This document shows, piece by piece, positions 36,087 to 45,109 of a DNA stretch of 64,000 nt (within the stretch, counting starts at the first letter, position 1; every line of letters starts with the position of its first letter). Both the position numbers and the translations under genes were made by a program. The stretch covers positions 2,322 through 66,321 of IMG/VR virus record IMGVR_UViG_3300045999_010503. One strand, given 5' to 3'. The notes under the pieces were generated by a model. It was not told the origin of the DNA. It did no database searches and saw nothing but the letters and a program-made list of their open reading frames with translations. This DNA is from a virus.

Positions 36087-37420
36087 GCTTGCTTGGGCGG
36101 GTGCATACGACGGAAGTCGTCGGCGGTCATCGCGCCAGCCGCGGGCTTGGGAGATTTGAGCCGGCGAATCGTCCGGCCCTGGTAGATCGCGAGCCCTCCG
36201 AGACCCGCCGCGGTCACGAGCGCCGCGTTGCGCACGGCGCGGATGTTCTCGGTCTTCTCGCCCCACTCCTTCGGACGGCGCTCCCGACGTCGGGAACCGG
36301 GCGCGTAGACGCGGGCGCTGCGGCCGCGGGCGTCGCGAAGGTCCCAGCCGCGCTCGAGCGGGTCGACGGTGGCGAACTCCACCAGACGGGCGTGCGCGCG
36401 GAGCGCGATGATAAGCCTGTTGGGGCGGGCGGAGAAGGGCACCAGCTTCGAGACTCGGCCCGCGAGCTTCGATTTGCCGAGGCGCTCGTTGACCTTGCGG
36501 TCCCAGCCAGTGACGTCGTCAGCGTGGACGTCCCCGCGGGCGATGGCCCGGCCGCGGCGGTGGCCCTTGGCGACGAGGAGCGGCGCGCCGATCGCTGCGG
36601 TGAGCACGGCGTTCTTGAACCAGCTCTTTTTGTAGAAGGGGTCCTTGGGCTTCCGGCCGCTGGCGATGTCGCCGATGTCTCCGGCCGCGTGGCTGGCGCG
36701 CTTGGCCCAAGGCACGACGCGGCTGGCCTTGCGATAGACCGTGAGGGGCGCGGCGCTCTCGAGGAACTCGCCAGTCTGGGTGTGGCGGTCGTTGAACTGG
36801 ACGGGGGTGACGCGGGCGATGAGCCCCTTGGTGCCGACGCGGACCGTTTTCGCCACCTTGGACTTCGACCGCTGGAGGACAGCCTGGCTCGCCTGCTGGG
36901 CCTTGGTGAGGGCCTTGACCCGGACCGTCGGCTTCACGCCGTAGTCGAACTTGCCGCCGCCCGCGTAGCGGGTCTTCGGGGCCGGCGTGCGCTGCTTGAG
37001 TGTGTCCTCGTAGGTCATGCCGTAGTCAAACTTGCCGCCGCCCGCGTAGCGGGTCTTGGCGGGCTTCGGGGCGGGCGCGGAACGCAGCCCGCCGACATAC
37101 TCGGCGGTCTTCACCTTGTTGCGGGCGTCAGTCTTCTCGGTCTTCGCCGCAATTCGGGTCTGGGCGACCGCCTCCTTGGCGGCGACGCGCTCGGTGCGGG
37201 CAGCCTCCTTGGAAGCGGCCTCGGCCTCGCGCATCGCGGCGGAGCGCGCCTTCTGGGAGGCCTTCTTGCGGGCCGCGCCGGCCCACATCTTGTAGACGCC
37301 GCCGACGACGAGCGCCGGGGCGACGACCGAGGCGACCTTGCCAGCTACGCTGCGGCCTTCCTCTTGCTCGGGTTGGCGAGCGCGGAACTCGATGACGGCA
37401 CGGCGGAGGAGCGGGTTCAT
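36083..37420 (-). CDS. Basic putative internal head protein with an internal repeat
   Basis: After portal; KTRYAGGGKFDYG occurs twice; three hydrophobic segments. Confidence 0.65.
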   Translation of the reverse strand: MNPLLRRAVIEFRARQPEQEEGRSVAGKVASVVAPALVVGGVYKMWAGAARKKASQKARSAAMREAEAASKEAARTERVAAKEAVAQTRIAAKTEKTDARNKVKTAEYVGGLRSAPAPKPAKTRYAGGGKFDYGMTYEDTLKQRTPAPKTRYAGGGKFDYGVKPTVRVKALTKAQQASQAVLQRSKSKVAKTVRVGTKGLIARVTPVQFNDRHTQTGEFLESAAPLTVYRKASRVVPWAKRASHAAGDIGDIASGRKPKDPFYKKSWFKNAVLTAAIGAPLLVAKGHRRGRAIARGDVHADDVTGWDRKVNERLGKSKLAGRVSKLVPFSARPNRLIIALRAHARLVEFATVDPLERGWDLRDARGRSARVYAPGSRRRERRPKEWGEKTENIRAVRNAALVTAAGLGGLAIYQGRTIRRLKSPKPAAGAMTADDFRRMHPPKQA

Positions 37421-39201
37421 TCTTGCTTCGGCTTGGAGTCAACCGGCGCCCCGTCCCCGGACTCGCCCGGCGGCTTGGGCTCGGGCGGGAGATTGGCTTC
37501 GATGGCGACGGGCTGGGGTTCGGGCACGATCGCCTCGGCGACCGCAGGATCGAGCTCGTAGATGCCGACGAGCAGGTTGATGACAGCGTCGCGGGGGAGG
37601 ATGCCGCCGGCCACCTTCTCCAGGACGTCCGCCAGGATGCGGAGGGCGCCGTCGCCGATGTCGGCGGTGGTGGGCTGGGGCGGCTCGACCGCGGCAGCGG
37701 CGGCGGCGAGCTGGTTGGATGCGTCGGGGAATCGGCCGAGCGCGACCATCTCGACGGGCACGCCGGCCTGGGCGCACTTGTCGCGGACGATGATGGCCTC
37801 TTTGACCATCTGGTCGATGAGGTCCTCGAAGTCGTAGCCCTCTTCGCCGGCGATTTCGGACGCGGACTTGAGGCCGGCCTGGAGAAGCTCGAGGTTCGCG
37901 GTGGTGTCGTAGCCGGTGTCGGCGGTGAGGTGCTTGCCGAACTGCCAGCGGCCGTTGTCGAAGTTGATGCCCTTGGGCGGAGCGGGGAGCTCGCCGAGGG
38001 CGATGGCGTTGGAGAGGACGGCGCGCTTGATCTTGTTCAGGACGCTCGTGACCAGGATCTCCTGCCAACGCTCGAAGAGGCGCTGGAGCTGCATGGCCTC
38101 GAGGCGCACGGTCGCGCCGCCGAAGCGGCTCATGTCGAAGAAGCCGAAGGGCACGTTGAGGCCCATCGCGATGTCGCGGAGGGCGGCCTCGATGTAGGCG
38201 GCGAAGGCGCCGGCGGCGCGGGCGCCAGGGTTGAAGGGGGTGACGCCCTCGTTCGATTTGAGGCGGAGGAGCTTGTTGGGCTGGACCTGCTCGGTGGGGT
38301 TGCCGTTGGCGTCCTTGGAGACGCCGTCCCAGAGGCCGGCGCTACCCGCGCCCGCCTTGGCGAGCGGGTCGGTGACGGTGATGACGCCCGCGATGGACGC
38401 GGCCCACTTGGCAGCGCCGCGCTCGAAGGCGAACATCTCGTAGAGGTCGCGGGCCGGGCCGACGATAGGCGCGAGCCAGGAGACGCTGCGGTATTCGTCG
38501 GTGCGGAGCGGCTTGGAAAGGAGGAAGAAGTTCTGCGCGTCGGCGGTGACCTCGAACTCGTAGCGCGTGGTCTTCCGGTCGCGTTTGTAGATGTCGTAGC
38601 CGACGGGCTGGCCGAAGGCGTTGAGCCGGATGCCCTGGACGTAGTCGTCCTCGGTCTGCGTCGCGACGCGGTTCGGGTCGCCGATGCGGTCGGCCTCGAT
38701 GCACTGGATCTGGAGCTTGGGGCCGTTGCGGACCAAGTAGAAGCCGAAGTCGCCGTCGCGGAGGGCGGAGCGGAAGCCGAGCTCGACGAGCATGCGGAAG
38801 TTCCGGCGGCCGGTGATGTCGGCGGTGTTCTCGCACCAGTTGTGCCAGTAGGTCTCGATCAGGGAGTCGTAGGCCGGGTCGCCGGACTGAGACTGGTAGA
38901 GGACCTGGGCGGTGACGTATTGGGAGATGCGGTCGAGAACACAGCGGACGATGGGCATGTTCCGCTCGAGGTCGCGGGCCTCCCAGATGAGCTTCAGGCG
39001 ATCCTGCGCCATCTTGGCGGTCTCGCTGCTGGCGTTCTTCGTCATGCCACCACTACCGCCGCGGGCCATGCCGGGGTTGGCGGCGTCGTAGCCGAAGAGG
39101 GTGAGTCGGTCCTTCGCGATGGCACGCTGAAGGGCGTAGGTCGGGGCGATGGCCGCGATGGCGCGGTCCAGGAAGTTCGGTTTACGGGTGTCGGCGGCCA
39201 C
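37417..39201 (-). CDS. Portal protein, lambda family
   Basis: ARDLERN, RDGD, IEADRI, GIRLNAFGQPVGY, IAMGLNVPF. Confidence 0.92.
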   Translation of the reverse strand: MAADTRKPNFLDRAIAAIAPTYALQRAIAKDRLTLFGYDAANPGMARGGSGGMTKNASSETAKMAQDRLKLIWEARDLERNMPIVRCVLDRISQYVTAQVLYQSQSGDPAYDSLIETYWHNWCENTADITGRRNFRMLVELGFRSALRDGDFGFYLVRNGPKLQIQCIEADRIGDPNRVATQTEDDYVQGIRLNAFGQPVGYDIYKRDRKTTRYEFEVTADAQNFFLLSKPLRTDEYRSVSWLAPIVGPARDLYEMFAFERGAAKWAASIAGVITVTDPLAKAGAGSAGLWDGVSKDANGNPTEQVQPNKLLRLKSNEGVTPFNPGARAAGAFAAYIEAALRDIAMGLNVPFGFFDMSRFGGATVRLEAMQLQRLFERWQEILVTSVLNKIKRAVLSNAIALGELPAPPKGINFDNGRWQFGKHLTADTGYDTTANLELLQAGLKSASEIAGEEGYDFEDLIDQMVKEAIIVRDKCAQAGVPVEMVALGRFPDASNQLAAAAAAVEPPQPTTADIGDGALRILADVLEKVAGGILPRDAVINLLVGIYELDPAVAEAIVPEPQPVAIEANLPPEPKPPGESGDGAPVDSKPKQE

Positions 39202-39222
39202 GGCTCTGTGGCGCCGTCAACC

Positions 39223-39510
39223 TCAGAGCACGGACTTGCTGCCCTGGCACTTCCACTTCCGGCGAGAGAGGTTGTTCGGGCTGTTCGGATCGCTGCGCCA
39301 GTCGCCCTTGATTTTCGCGCTGCGCGCGCAATAAGAGTCCCCCTTGCTAGTCCCAGGACGGATGCGGTCGCCGCCGTCGGCCGCCTTGCCGGCCTGGCCG
39401 TAGCGGACGGTGCGCGTGCGCCCCGTCTCGGGGTTCTTCACGACTTTGGTGAAGCGTTTCCCGGTCGAAAACTCGATGAGGGCGAGGCGGGCTTCGATCT
39501 TCGGGTTCAC
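39223..39510 (-). CDS. Small basic phage protein
   Basis: SYCARS...DPNSPNNLSRRKWKC conserved phage motif. Confidence 0.7.
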   Translation of the reverse strand: MNPKIEARLALIEFSTGKRFTKVVKNPETGRTRTVRYGQAGKAADGGDRIRPGTSKGDSYCARSAKIKGDWRSDPNSPNNLSRRKWKCQGSKSVL

Positions 39511-39770
39511 CAGTTACCTCCGATGCGGACGCCGCTGAAGTCGGGGATCAGGGGCTTGTTGCCGACGCCGTTGCTCGGGCTGCGCTCGTTCTTGACCTGG
39601 TAGGCCGCCTCGAGGCGGTCGCGGATCTCCGCGGTCGAGCGCGAGTAGGAACGGTTGCCCTCGGTCTGGGCGTTGAAGGTGTTACGGCTCTGCCCCTCCA
39701 GCCACGTGATCTCGGCGTCGAGCTTGGCGTCGTCGTAGTTGCGGTAGACCGAATACCATTCCGGGGACAT
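39507..39770 (-). CDS. gpW-like head completion protein
   Basis: Upstream of portal; QTEGNRSYSRSTAEI hairpin-helix pattern. Confidence 0.65.
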   Translation of the reverse strand: MSPEWYSVYRNYDDAKLDAEITWLEGQSRNTFNAQTEGNRSYSRSTAEIRDRLEAAYQVKNERSPSNGVGNKPLIPDFSGVRIGGNW

Positions 39771-39785
39771 GCCTCGGCGCACGAG

Positions 39786-39986
39786 TCAACCCGCGCCAAC
39801 CCTCGCCAGCGTGAAGGTCTTCTTGAACGCCTTCAAATCGCCGCGCCAGGTCATGCCCGCGCCGCCACCCGTGCCAACCTCGCTCCAAAGGACCATGTCC
39901 TGCGGATTGACCTCGACGACGCGGAAGACGTGGCCGGCCAGCGGGCCCGACTGAGACACGGCTTTGAAACGACGGTCCCAGTTCAT
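39786..39986 (-). CDS. Hypothetical protein
   Basis: Coupled ORF. Confidence 0.55.
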   Translation of the reverse strand: MNWDRRFKAVSQSGPLAGHVFRVVEVNPQDMVLWSEVGTGGGAGMTWRGDLKAFKKTFTLARVGAG

Positions 39987-40624
39987 GCGAGGTCGCGGAA
40001 GATGGGGGCAAGAATCTTGCGGAGCTCGACGCGCATGACCGGGGTCATGCCCGAGCGCGCGGCATTGTAGTCGCGCGCGAACTGGCGCGTGGTCTCGAAG
40101 ATCGAGGTGGTGCCGGCGTCGGCCCGCTCGGGGGCGTGCTCGGCGTGGTCGCGGCGGAGCCTGTCGCGGAGCTGGCGGACGCTGACCCCGCCCTGGCTCA
40201 CGTAGTCGACCCAGGCCTCGTGCTCATCGGGGTCGGCGCGGCCAACGATCTCGACGGCGTGGCTGAAGGTGACGTGGTCCCGACGTCGGGAAATGGGGAG
40301 CCGACGGCAGACGGTGGCGGCATTGCGGAGGGTCTGCTCGGCGAGGCCGGTCTTCTCGGATATGTCGGCGTAGAGCTCGGACGGCTCACGGTCGCCCCAG
40401 TGGCTCTTGCGGAAGCGGTCGTTGCCGTAGACCAGCCAATCACCGATGGCCCAGGTCGCCATGCGGTTCACGTCGACGACGGCGCGGCCGACGCGCATCC
40501 AGTCGTCGTAGCTGAGGCCGTCAGGGATGACGAGGCCGTTGCGTTCGGGGATCACGCCCTCCGGGAGCGGCGCGATCGAGGCGGAGGGGGCTGCGGTTGG
40601 TGAGAGCGTATTGGCGGCTTGCAT
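39983..40624 (-). CDS. LmbU-like DNA-binding protein
   Basis: GLVIPDGLSYDDWMRVG..WAIGDWLVYG..QTLRNAATVCR..RRDHVTFSH..SVRQLR. Confidence 0.75.
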   Translation of the reverse strand: MQAANTLSPTAAPSASIAPLPEGVIPERNGLVIPDGLSYDDWMRVGRAVVDVNRMATWAIGDWLVYGNDRFRKSHWGDREPSELYADISEKTGLAEQTLRNAATVCRRLPISRRRDHVTFSHAVEIVGRADPDEHEAWVDYVSQGGVSVRQLRDRLRRDHAEHAPERADAGTTSIFETTRQFARDYNAARSGMTPVMRVELRKILAPIFRDLA

Positions 40625-40949
40625 GGGCGGATTTGTTGTTGAACGACAGGGGGAGGTGGAGGTCGGCGCGGATCTTGCCGACACGCTTAGACACGGCGGC
40701 TTTGGTGATGCCGTGTCGGGCGCCTACGGTGGTCATGGTCTCGCCCTCCAGTTCGGCATCGCCGAGGGCGAGGTAGAGGCAGTCGACCGTCAGGCGGGCG
40801 CGAGGCTGGGAGCGGACGTAACTCACGAGCCTGCGAGCGAACTCGAGCGACTCGGCGGCGTGATTGGCGGTGGGCTGGGGCGGCTCCTCATCGACTTCGT
40901 CGTAAGGAAACTCGGTGGCCAGCTCCCGGGAGTTCTCATGCAGCGGCAT
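40521..40949 (-). CDS. Sigma70 region-4-like HTH protein (late regulator candidate)
   Basis: ETMTTVGARHGITKAAVSKRVGKIRADL. Confidence 0.65.
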   Translation of the reverse strand: MPLHENSRELATEFPYDEVDEEPPQPTANHAAESLEFARRLVSYVRSQPRARLTVDCLYLALGDAELEGETMTTVGARHGITKAAVSKRVGKIRADLHLPLSFNNKSAHASRQYALTNRSPLRLDRAAPGGRDPRTQRPRHP

Positions 40950-40983
40950 CGGGACGATAGACCGCTGAGAACGAGACTCAGTG

Positions 40984-43917
40984 TCAAGAGCGATTGTTAG
41001 GAGTTGTTATCTCCATGAGGCCGGTGGCGCAGGCGGCGGCGAGGGCCATTCGGAGGCAGTTGCCGGCGATGCTCGGGAATCCCTTGCGGCGGACGATCAA
41101 AGTGCCGTTGGGGACCGTCGCGCAGTAGACCGGGCCGGAGTAGGGCACCTTCTCGACGAGGAACTTGTTCTTGCAGTCGCGGAGGAGGACGTGAGGGATG
41201 TTGCGAACTGTTACCCGGTAGTGGGGTAGAGCCACGCCGGAGCGCCCAGCGATGTTCCAGACGCCCTCGGGCATCGCGACCGTGCGCGAGGTGAGGCCAA
41301 CCTTCAGAAGCAGTTCGGCCGTGTCGTCCGCGAGCTGCTTGCTCGTGGTGGAGAGAAGGCGCTTCTTGCCCAAGTGGCCGTCCCCGAGAAACAGGCCCGC
41401 GAGATAGGCAGAGATGACGCGGGGGGTGGCATCTTTGATCCACTGCGGAACTCGCTTGTTCTCGGCCAGATGACCGCACTCGGAGACGAGCGCGGTGAGC
41501 TGCTGGTTTCCGGCGTAATAGGTGCCGCGCTTATTGCGACTGAACTTCCACGGGAGCCGGCTGAGGGTTTCGCGCCACAGCGCGCCATCGCGGACGGTGC
41601 CGACCTTCTGAGACACGTCGGTCTGGCTCGACCCGTCCCGACGTCGGTATAGGCAGCCCTCCGCGGTGAACCAGCCGAGGAATCGGGCCAACACCTCGCG
41701 ATCCACTTCCGTCGCTTTCATGCAGCGGGTGGCGGGTATTTGAACTGGCCCAGTGAGGCCATCGCCCTCCCACACGGACGCCGTGACCTTGATGCGGTCC
41801 CAAAGGGTGAGCTCATCGGCGCGCTTGATTGAGTCGACGAAGCGTTGGCGGAGCGTGCCGAACTCGTCGCGGAAATGCCGACGCTCCTCGACGACCATGC
41901 GGTGGTCGGGCGTGACCGCGAACGACATCGCGCGGTGCTTGCACTCGAGCAGGTGACCGTCGTGGTGCTTAGCGATGAGGGCCTCGGGGCGGTGGTATTC
42001 GATCTGGTCGCGGTCCAGGTTCACCGTCGCGAAAAGGCTGTCGTGGCTCACCTCGGTCCACTTCTTCCAGCCGTCGCGGGTAAGCACCTCAGTCTCGGGG
42101 TCAAAACACGAGCCCCAGTGATCGTCGGGGCGCTTCTGCACCCACTCGGTCTCGATCACGCCGTTGGCCTTCTCGTTGTCCCGGCGCTCGTAGGCGGTGA
42201 GCTGCATCTTGAACTCGTGGAGGTCATCGCCGTTGCCATTGATCTCAAACCGCGGGCCGACGCCGCGCATGCAGGCCTCCGCGCGGTCGAGCATGGAGGA
42301 CTTGCTGAAGAGGAGCTGACGGAGCGGGGCGGCGCGGCCCGCCTGCTCGCTGCCGAGGTAGGGGTCGACGAAGGACCAGGTGTAGGGCAGGCGCAGGGTC
42401 TTGCCGTCGCCGAGCGCGAGGGTGTAGTGCGGGGCCTTGTCGCCCTTCATCGCTTTCCAGGCGTAGTTGCCGTCGGGGAGCTGGCCGCTCTCGAGGATGT
42501 AGCGGTAGACCTCCGCGGCCCAGTGGCCGCTGTCGATGCCGACGTTGGAAGCGGGGACGTGGTAGGTGGTCTGGAGGGCGCGCAGCTCCTCGACGCTCCA
42601 GGCCTTGCCCCAGGCGACGGCGCGGTGGGCGCCGCCCTGGGCAAAGTCGAAGACGCCCCAGTAGAAGTGCCGACCGCCCTTGCCCTGGACGTCGACCATC
42701 ATAAAGCGCCGCGCGGGCACGAAGGGCGGCAGGGTGGCGTCGTTGAAGTCGACGACGCGGTCGTCGATGTAGCTGTCGGATTTGCCGTAGCGCATCCGGT
42801 CGGTCCAGGGCTGACCGAGCTTCTCGGTGATGAAGGCCTTCAGCGGCTCGAAGTCGCCGTAGTCGTTGGCGATCTCGGCCTGGACGAACTGCTGCACGAG
42901 GGCCGACCATTTGATCCAGTAGGGTAGGAGGGCGTTCCAGGTGTAGCTGCGGCGCTCGGCGGGGGCGCTGGGGTTGTGCGGCACCCACTGACCGCGGTCG
43001 GCGAGCGTGCGGCGGATGTCCGGGCGGTCTTGGTGGAGGTGGCCGCAGCGGGGGCAGACGTAACGGACGTGCGGGGCGAGCTTGTCGAAGTCCCACTTGC
43101 CGTCGGGAGTCTTGGCGCCGAGCACGTCCGACCACTTCACGCAGCGGGGGCGGCCGGTCGCGTCGGTCTCGGTCGGGTGCGCGGCCTTCATGTTCGCCCA
43201 GTCGAGCGGGCCGGAGTAGTCGCAGGCCTCGTTCAGGCAGGGGACGTGGTAGTGCCGCTGGTCGCCGTTCAGAAACTCGTTGTGGACGGTGTCGCGCTCC
43301 TTCTCCGGTGTGGTCAGGATGACGATGCGGCTGTTCCAGAAGGTGGTGACGCGGGCCTTGGCCATCGGCAGCGCCCAGGCGGGCCAGTTGCGCACCTCGT
43401 CGCAGAGGAGAAATCGGCGGGGGCGGCTCTGGAGCTTCGCCTTGGCGTTGGCGCCGACCGCCTCCAGCATCATCGTCGGGAAGAGGATCTCAGTCGTCTT
43501 CGCCAAGGTGCGGTCGTCGGGGATGGAGGAGGCGACGGGCGGGCACGACCGCAGAGCGGGCATGAGGCGCTCGTTGCAGAACTTCAGGGCCTCGTCCTCC
43601 GACGACGTGATCCACATGGTCGGGGACGGGTCCTCGGCCACGATCCAGGAGAGGAGGGCCAGCATGGTCTCCGTCTTCGAGGACTGGGCGGAGCAGAGGA
43701 CGGTGATCTGGCGGATCGAGTTGTCGGCGAAGGTCTCCATGACCTCGCGCACCCACGGGGAGGTTTCGCTGCGCCACTTGCCGCCGGCGGAGAGGGCCGA
43801 GACGGGCGGGACATAGTAGTCCTCGGCCCATTGCCACGGCGGACGGCGGTCGGCGGGCTTCCAAGCCAACGTGGCGGCCTTGGCGACCGGGTCGTAGGCG
43901 GGGGCAGGGGTGCTCAC
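40984..43917 (-). CDS. terL: Terminase large subunit, GpA type, with intein
   Basis: SAQSSKTE Walker A, LLCDEV, GDQRHYHVPC, VDVQ, IDSG. Confidence 0.92.
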   Translation of the reverse strand: MSTPAPAYDPVAKAATLAWKPADRRPPWQWAEDYYVPPVSALSAGGKWRSETSPWVREVMETFADNSIRQITVLCSAQSSKTETMLALLSWIVAEDPSPTMWITSSEDEALKFCNERLMPALRSCPPVASSIPDDRTLAKTTEILFPTMMLEAVGANAKAKLQSRPRRFLLCDEVRNWPAWALPMAKARVTTFWNSRIVILTTPEKERDTVHNEFLNGDQRHYHVPCLNEACDYSGPLDWANMKAAHPTETDATGRPRCVKWSDVLGAKTPDGKWDFDKLAPHVRYVCPRCGHLHQDRPDIRRTLADRGQWVPHNPSAPAERRSYTWNALLPYWIKWSALVQQFVQAEIANDYGDFEPLKAFITEKLGQPWTDRMRYGKSDSYIDDRVVDFNDATLPPFVPARRFMMVDVQGKGGRHFYWGVFDFAQGGAHRAVAWGKAWSVEELRALQTTYHVPASNVGIDSGHWAAEVYRYILESGQLPDGNYAWKAMKGDKAPHYTLALGDGKTLRLPYTWSFVDPYLGSEQAGRAAPLRQLLFSKSSMLDRAEACMRGVGPRFEINGNGDDLHEFKMQLTAYERRDNEKANGVIETEWVQKRPDDHWGSCFDPETEVLTRDGWKKWTEVSHDSLFATVNLDRDQIEYHRPEALIAKHHDGHLLECKHRAMSFAVTPDHRMVVEERRHFRDEFGTLRQRFVDSIKRADELTLWDRIKVTASVWEGDGLTGPVQIPATRCMKATEVDREVLARFLGWFTAEGCLYRRRDGSSQTDVSQKVGTVRDGALWRETLSRLPWKFSRNKRGTYYAGNQQLTALVSECGHLAENKRVPQWIKDATPRVISAYLAGLFLGDGHLGKKRLLSTTSKQLADDTAELLLKVGLTSRTVAMPEGVWNIAGRSGVALPHYRVTVRNIPHVLLRDCKNKFLVEKVPYSGPVYCATVPNGTLIVRRKGFPSIAGNCLRMALAAACATGLMEITTPNNRS
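41059..42108 (-). mobile_element. Intein with LAGLIDADG homing endonuclease (350 aa)
   Basis: CFDPETEVLT block A, VTPDHRM block B, FLGWFTAEG and YLAGLFLGDG, VYCATVPNGTLIVRR..GN followed by C. Confidence 0.92.
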
Positions 43918-44408
43918 AGGGGGCTCGTGGAGAGGGCTTGGAGGGCCTCGTCGATCTCACGGCGGAGGCGGGTCTCGATGTCGACCTCGCGGGTGAGGCC
44001 AATGAGCTGCGGGGCCATGCGCGCGGGGATGGCCTGAAGCTGCTGGCGGGCCTTCACGACCATCTTGCCCACCGACTGCTCGATCTCGGTGTTGAGGGTG
44101 TAGTCCTTGCGGCGGACCTGGAGCTCGAACTGGAGCTTCTCGTTCTGGAGTTTCAGCTTCTCCATCTCCAGCTTCGACTTGTCGGAGCCGCTACCGACGT
44201 TCGGGTCGATCAGGCTGCCGAAGTTGGCGTTGATGAAGGCCTGCCACTCGGCAATCTCGTAGCGGCCGTCCTTCGACCGGCCGGGGTTCCCTTCCAGCTT
44301 CAGGGCTTGCTGAATGATTTTCCGGTCACGGGGAGGGGCAAGGTAGCCCCCGAGCTCGGTTTGGCTTTTGGCGAACCGGGGGACGGTTCCAGGCTTGCGG
44401 CGTGGCAT
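43914..44408 (-). CDS. terS: Terminase small subunit (Nu1-like)
   Basis: wHTH-like N-terminus, coiled coil, AIPARMAPQL...IDEALQAL; coupled to terL. Confidence 0.85.
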   Translation of the reverse strand: MPRRKPGTVPRFAKSQTELGGYLAPPRDRKIIQQALKLEGNPGRSKDGRYEIAEWQAFINANFGSLIDPNVGSGSDKSKLEMEKLKLQNEKLQFELQVRRKDYTLNTEIEQSVGKMVVKARQQLQAIPARMAPQLIGLTREVDIETRLRREIDEALQALSTSPL

Positions 44409-44473
44409 TTGGAAATGCCGGAACCGTCAACCGGAGCTTTGGCGCGAAAGATTTCTGAGAGTCTGGGCCGGGC

Positions 44474-44699
44474 TTTACGCCTCGAAAACAGGTGTAATGT
44501 CGGAAGTCGTTGATGGGTTAGCGGCTTCTACGCCTTTACGCCTTTTCGGCAGTTCCAAGTTTCTCTGGGTTGGCGGTGCGCTTTTGGCCTTCTGTATATA
44601 TTTATTCTTCTTCAGTTCAGTAAACTAAGAGAAAGAGGTGTAAGGCGTAAAATCGCTGCGGAAGTCGTTGGTGGGAAGGGAGGTTGCGTCGGTTACACC
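44474..44699. repeat. Iteron-like repeats around an AT-rich core (putative origin)
   Basis: TTAC(A/G)CC copies in both orientations; CGGAAGTCGTTG at 44501 and 44659. Confidence 0.55.
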
Positions 44700-45109
44700 T
44701 GTTTACCGCAAGTGTTTTGCCGTGCCGTTCTTTGATCGGGCGCAGTTCGGGTAACCCCTTGGGGGATTCACCTATGCGCGGCCCCTTGACGTTTCGCTCT
44801 CCGGCCACCACGGTGCGGACTCCGCAGTCTGGAGTGGTATCCTGCTGTGGTTATTTGAGTTGAAGCGCCGCCCGTTTTCTCGGGTGGCGCTTCTTCCGTT
44901 TTTAGGCCATTTTCCGGCGCCACCACGGCCCAGGATCAAGTCGCTGAATGGTAGGGATTTGGGCGTTTTCGTATCCGGTTTGTGGATACACTTAATTATA
45001 CATAAGTAAGCGTAAGTGAACGATTTAGAGCCTGTTTTTTGTGCTTCACGCGGGACGGGGCATCGGGTAAGGTATCGGTCCCGGGCAATTCCGCCCGGCT
45101 CAAATAACC

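Noticed and set aside
44981-44990. DnaA box TGTGGATAC
   Set aside because: Single 8/9 match, insufficient evidence
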